Assembly: GCA_013416795.1 (NCBI GenBank) | Contig: RQSC01001323.1 | Coordinates: 1-5,004 of the forward strand | Direction of reading: 5' to 3' | From: Prasinococcaceae sp. CCMP 1430 | Lineage: Eukaryota > Plantae > Prasinodermophyta | Length of the DNA: 5,004 nucleotides | In this document: one piece after another, positions 4,957 to 5,004 of the stretch | How positions within the stretch are numbered: the stretch's first letter is position 1 | Layout: every line of letters begins with the position of its first letter | Made by a program: the position numbers and the translations under genes | Notes under the pieces: model-generated | Seen by the model: only the letters and a program-made list of their open reading frames with translations | Databases searched by the model: none | Told to the model about the DNA's origin: nothing

Positions 4957-5004
4957 TTGACATGTCAAAATATTTTTGACTGAATTTTGAGTAAGTTTCT
5001 CAAA
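4957..5004. repeat. Cluster of palindrome and inverted repeats in the putative 5' leader
   Basis: Perfect 12-bp palindrome TTGACATGTCAA (4957..4968), overlapping inverted repeat GTCAAAA-tat-TTTTGAC (4964..4980), and inverted repeat TTTGAG-7nt-CTCAAA (4986..5004). Confidence 0.8.

Larger units (their letters stand above)
1..5004 (-). mobile_element. Ty3/Gypsy-type LTR retrotransposon, internal region (partial; LTRs, PBS and PPT not in window)
   Basis: gag is followed by pol with domain order PR-RT-RH-IN, which excludes Ty1/copia (IN before RT). RT motifs are Ty3/Gypsy-like (PPYR, RKKDGSPRLVYDYRKLN, YPIPRIDD, PMGLRNSP, YIDD, ILGH). Integrase has HHCC and DD35E and is followed by a GDLVWL motif. 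Confidence 0.95.

Noticed and set aside
1-5004. Extensive RIP as the cause of the dinucleotide skew
   Set aside because: CpA/TpG remain abundant, GC is moderate and the ORFs are almost free of stops, unlike heavily RIP-mutated copies.
1-5004. LTRs, target-site duplication, polypurine tract, env or chromodomain
   Set aside because: No long direct repeat or such motif is present. The window ends inside integrase on one side and inside the leader on the other.

Overview
The whole window is the internal region of a eukaryotic Ty3/Gypsy-type (Metaviridae-like) LTR retrotransposon on the minus strand. From the right it contains about 290 nt of leader, gag (4718..3681, 345 aa), and pol in the -1 frame relative to gag (open 3771..52). 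Pol has the order protease, dUTPase-like spacer, RT, RNase H, integrase. No LTR, primer-binding site, polypurine tract, env or chromodomain is visible; these would lie outside the window. The general architecture is a known one. The details worth follow-up are: (1) a candidate -1 frameshift cassette with a non-canonical U_UCA_AAC heptamer on the last two gag codons, a 6-nt spacer and a 10-bp stem; (2) a single in-frame TAA inside integrase, after which the frame continues as a GPY/F-module-like sequence (AVQYEPGDLVWLKKPEL); (3) only 7 CpG in 5004 nt despite nearly intact ORFs; (4) two non-canonical Gag zinc knuckles (CHHC and CHCC); (5) an AUG-less in-frame extension upstream of gag; (6) a leader rich in palindromes, repeats and uORFs. 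The host cannot be identified from the sequence. All + strand ORFs are interpreted as antisense shadows.
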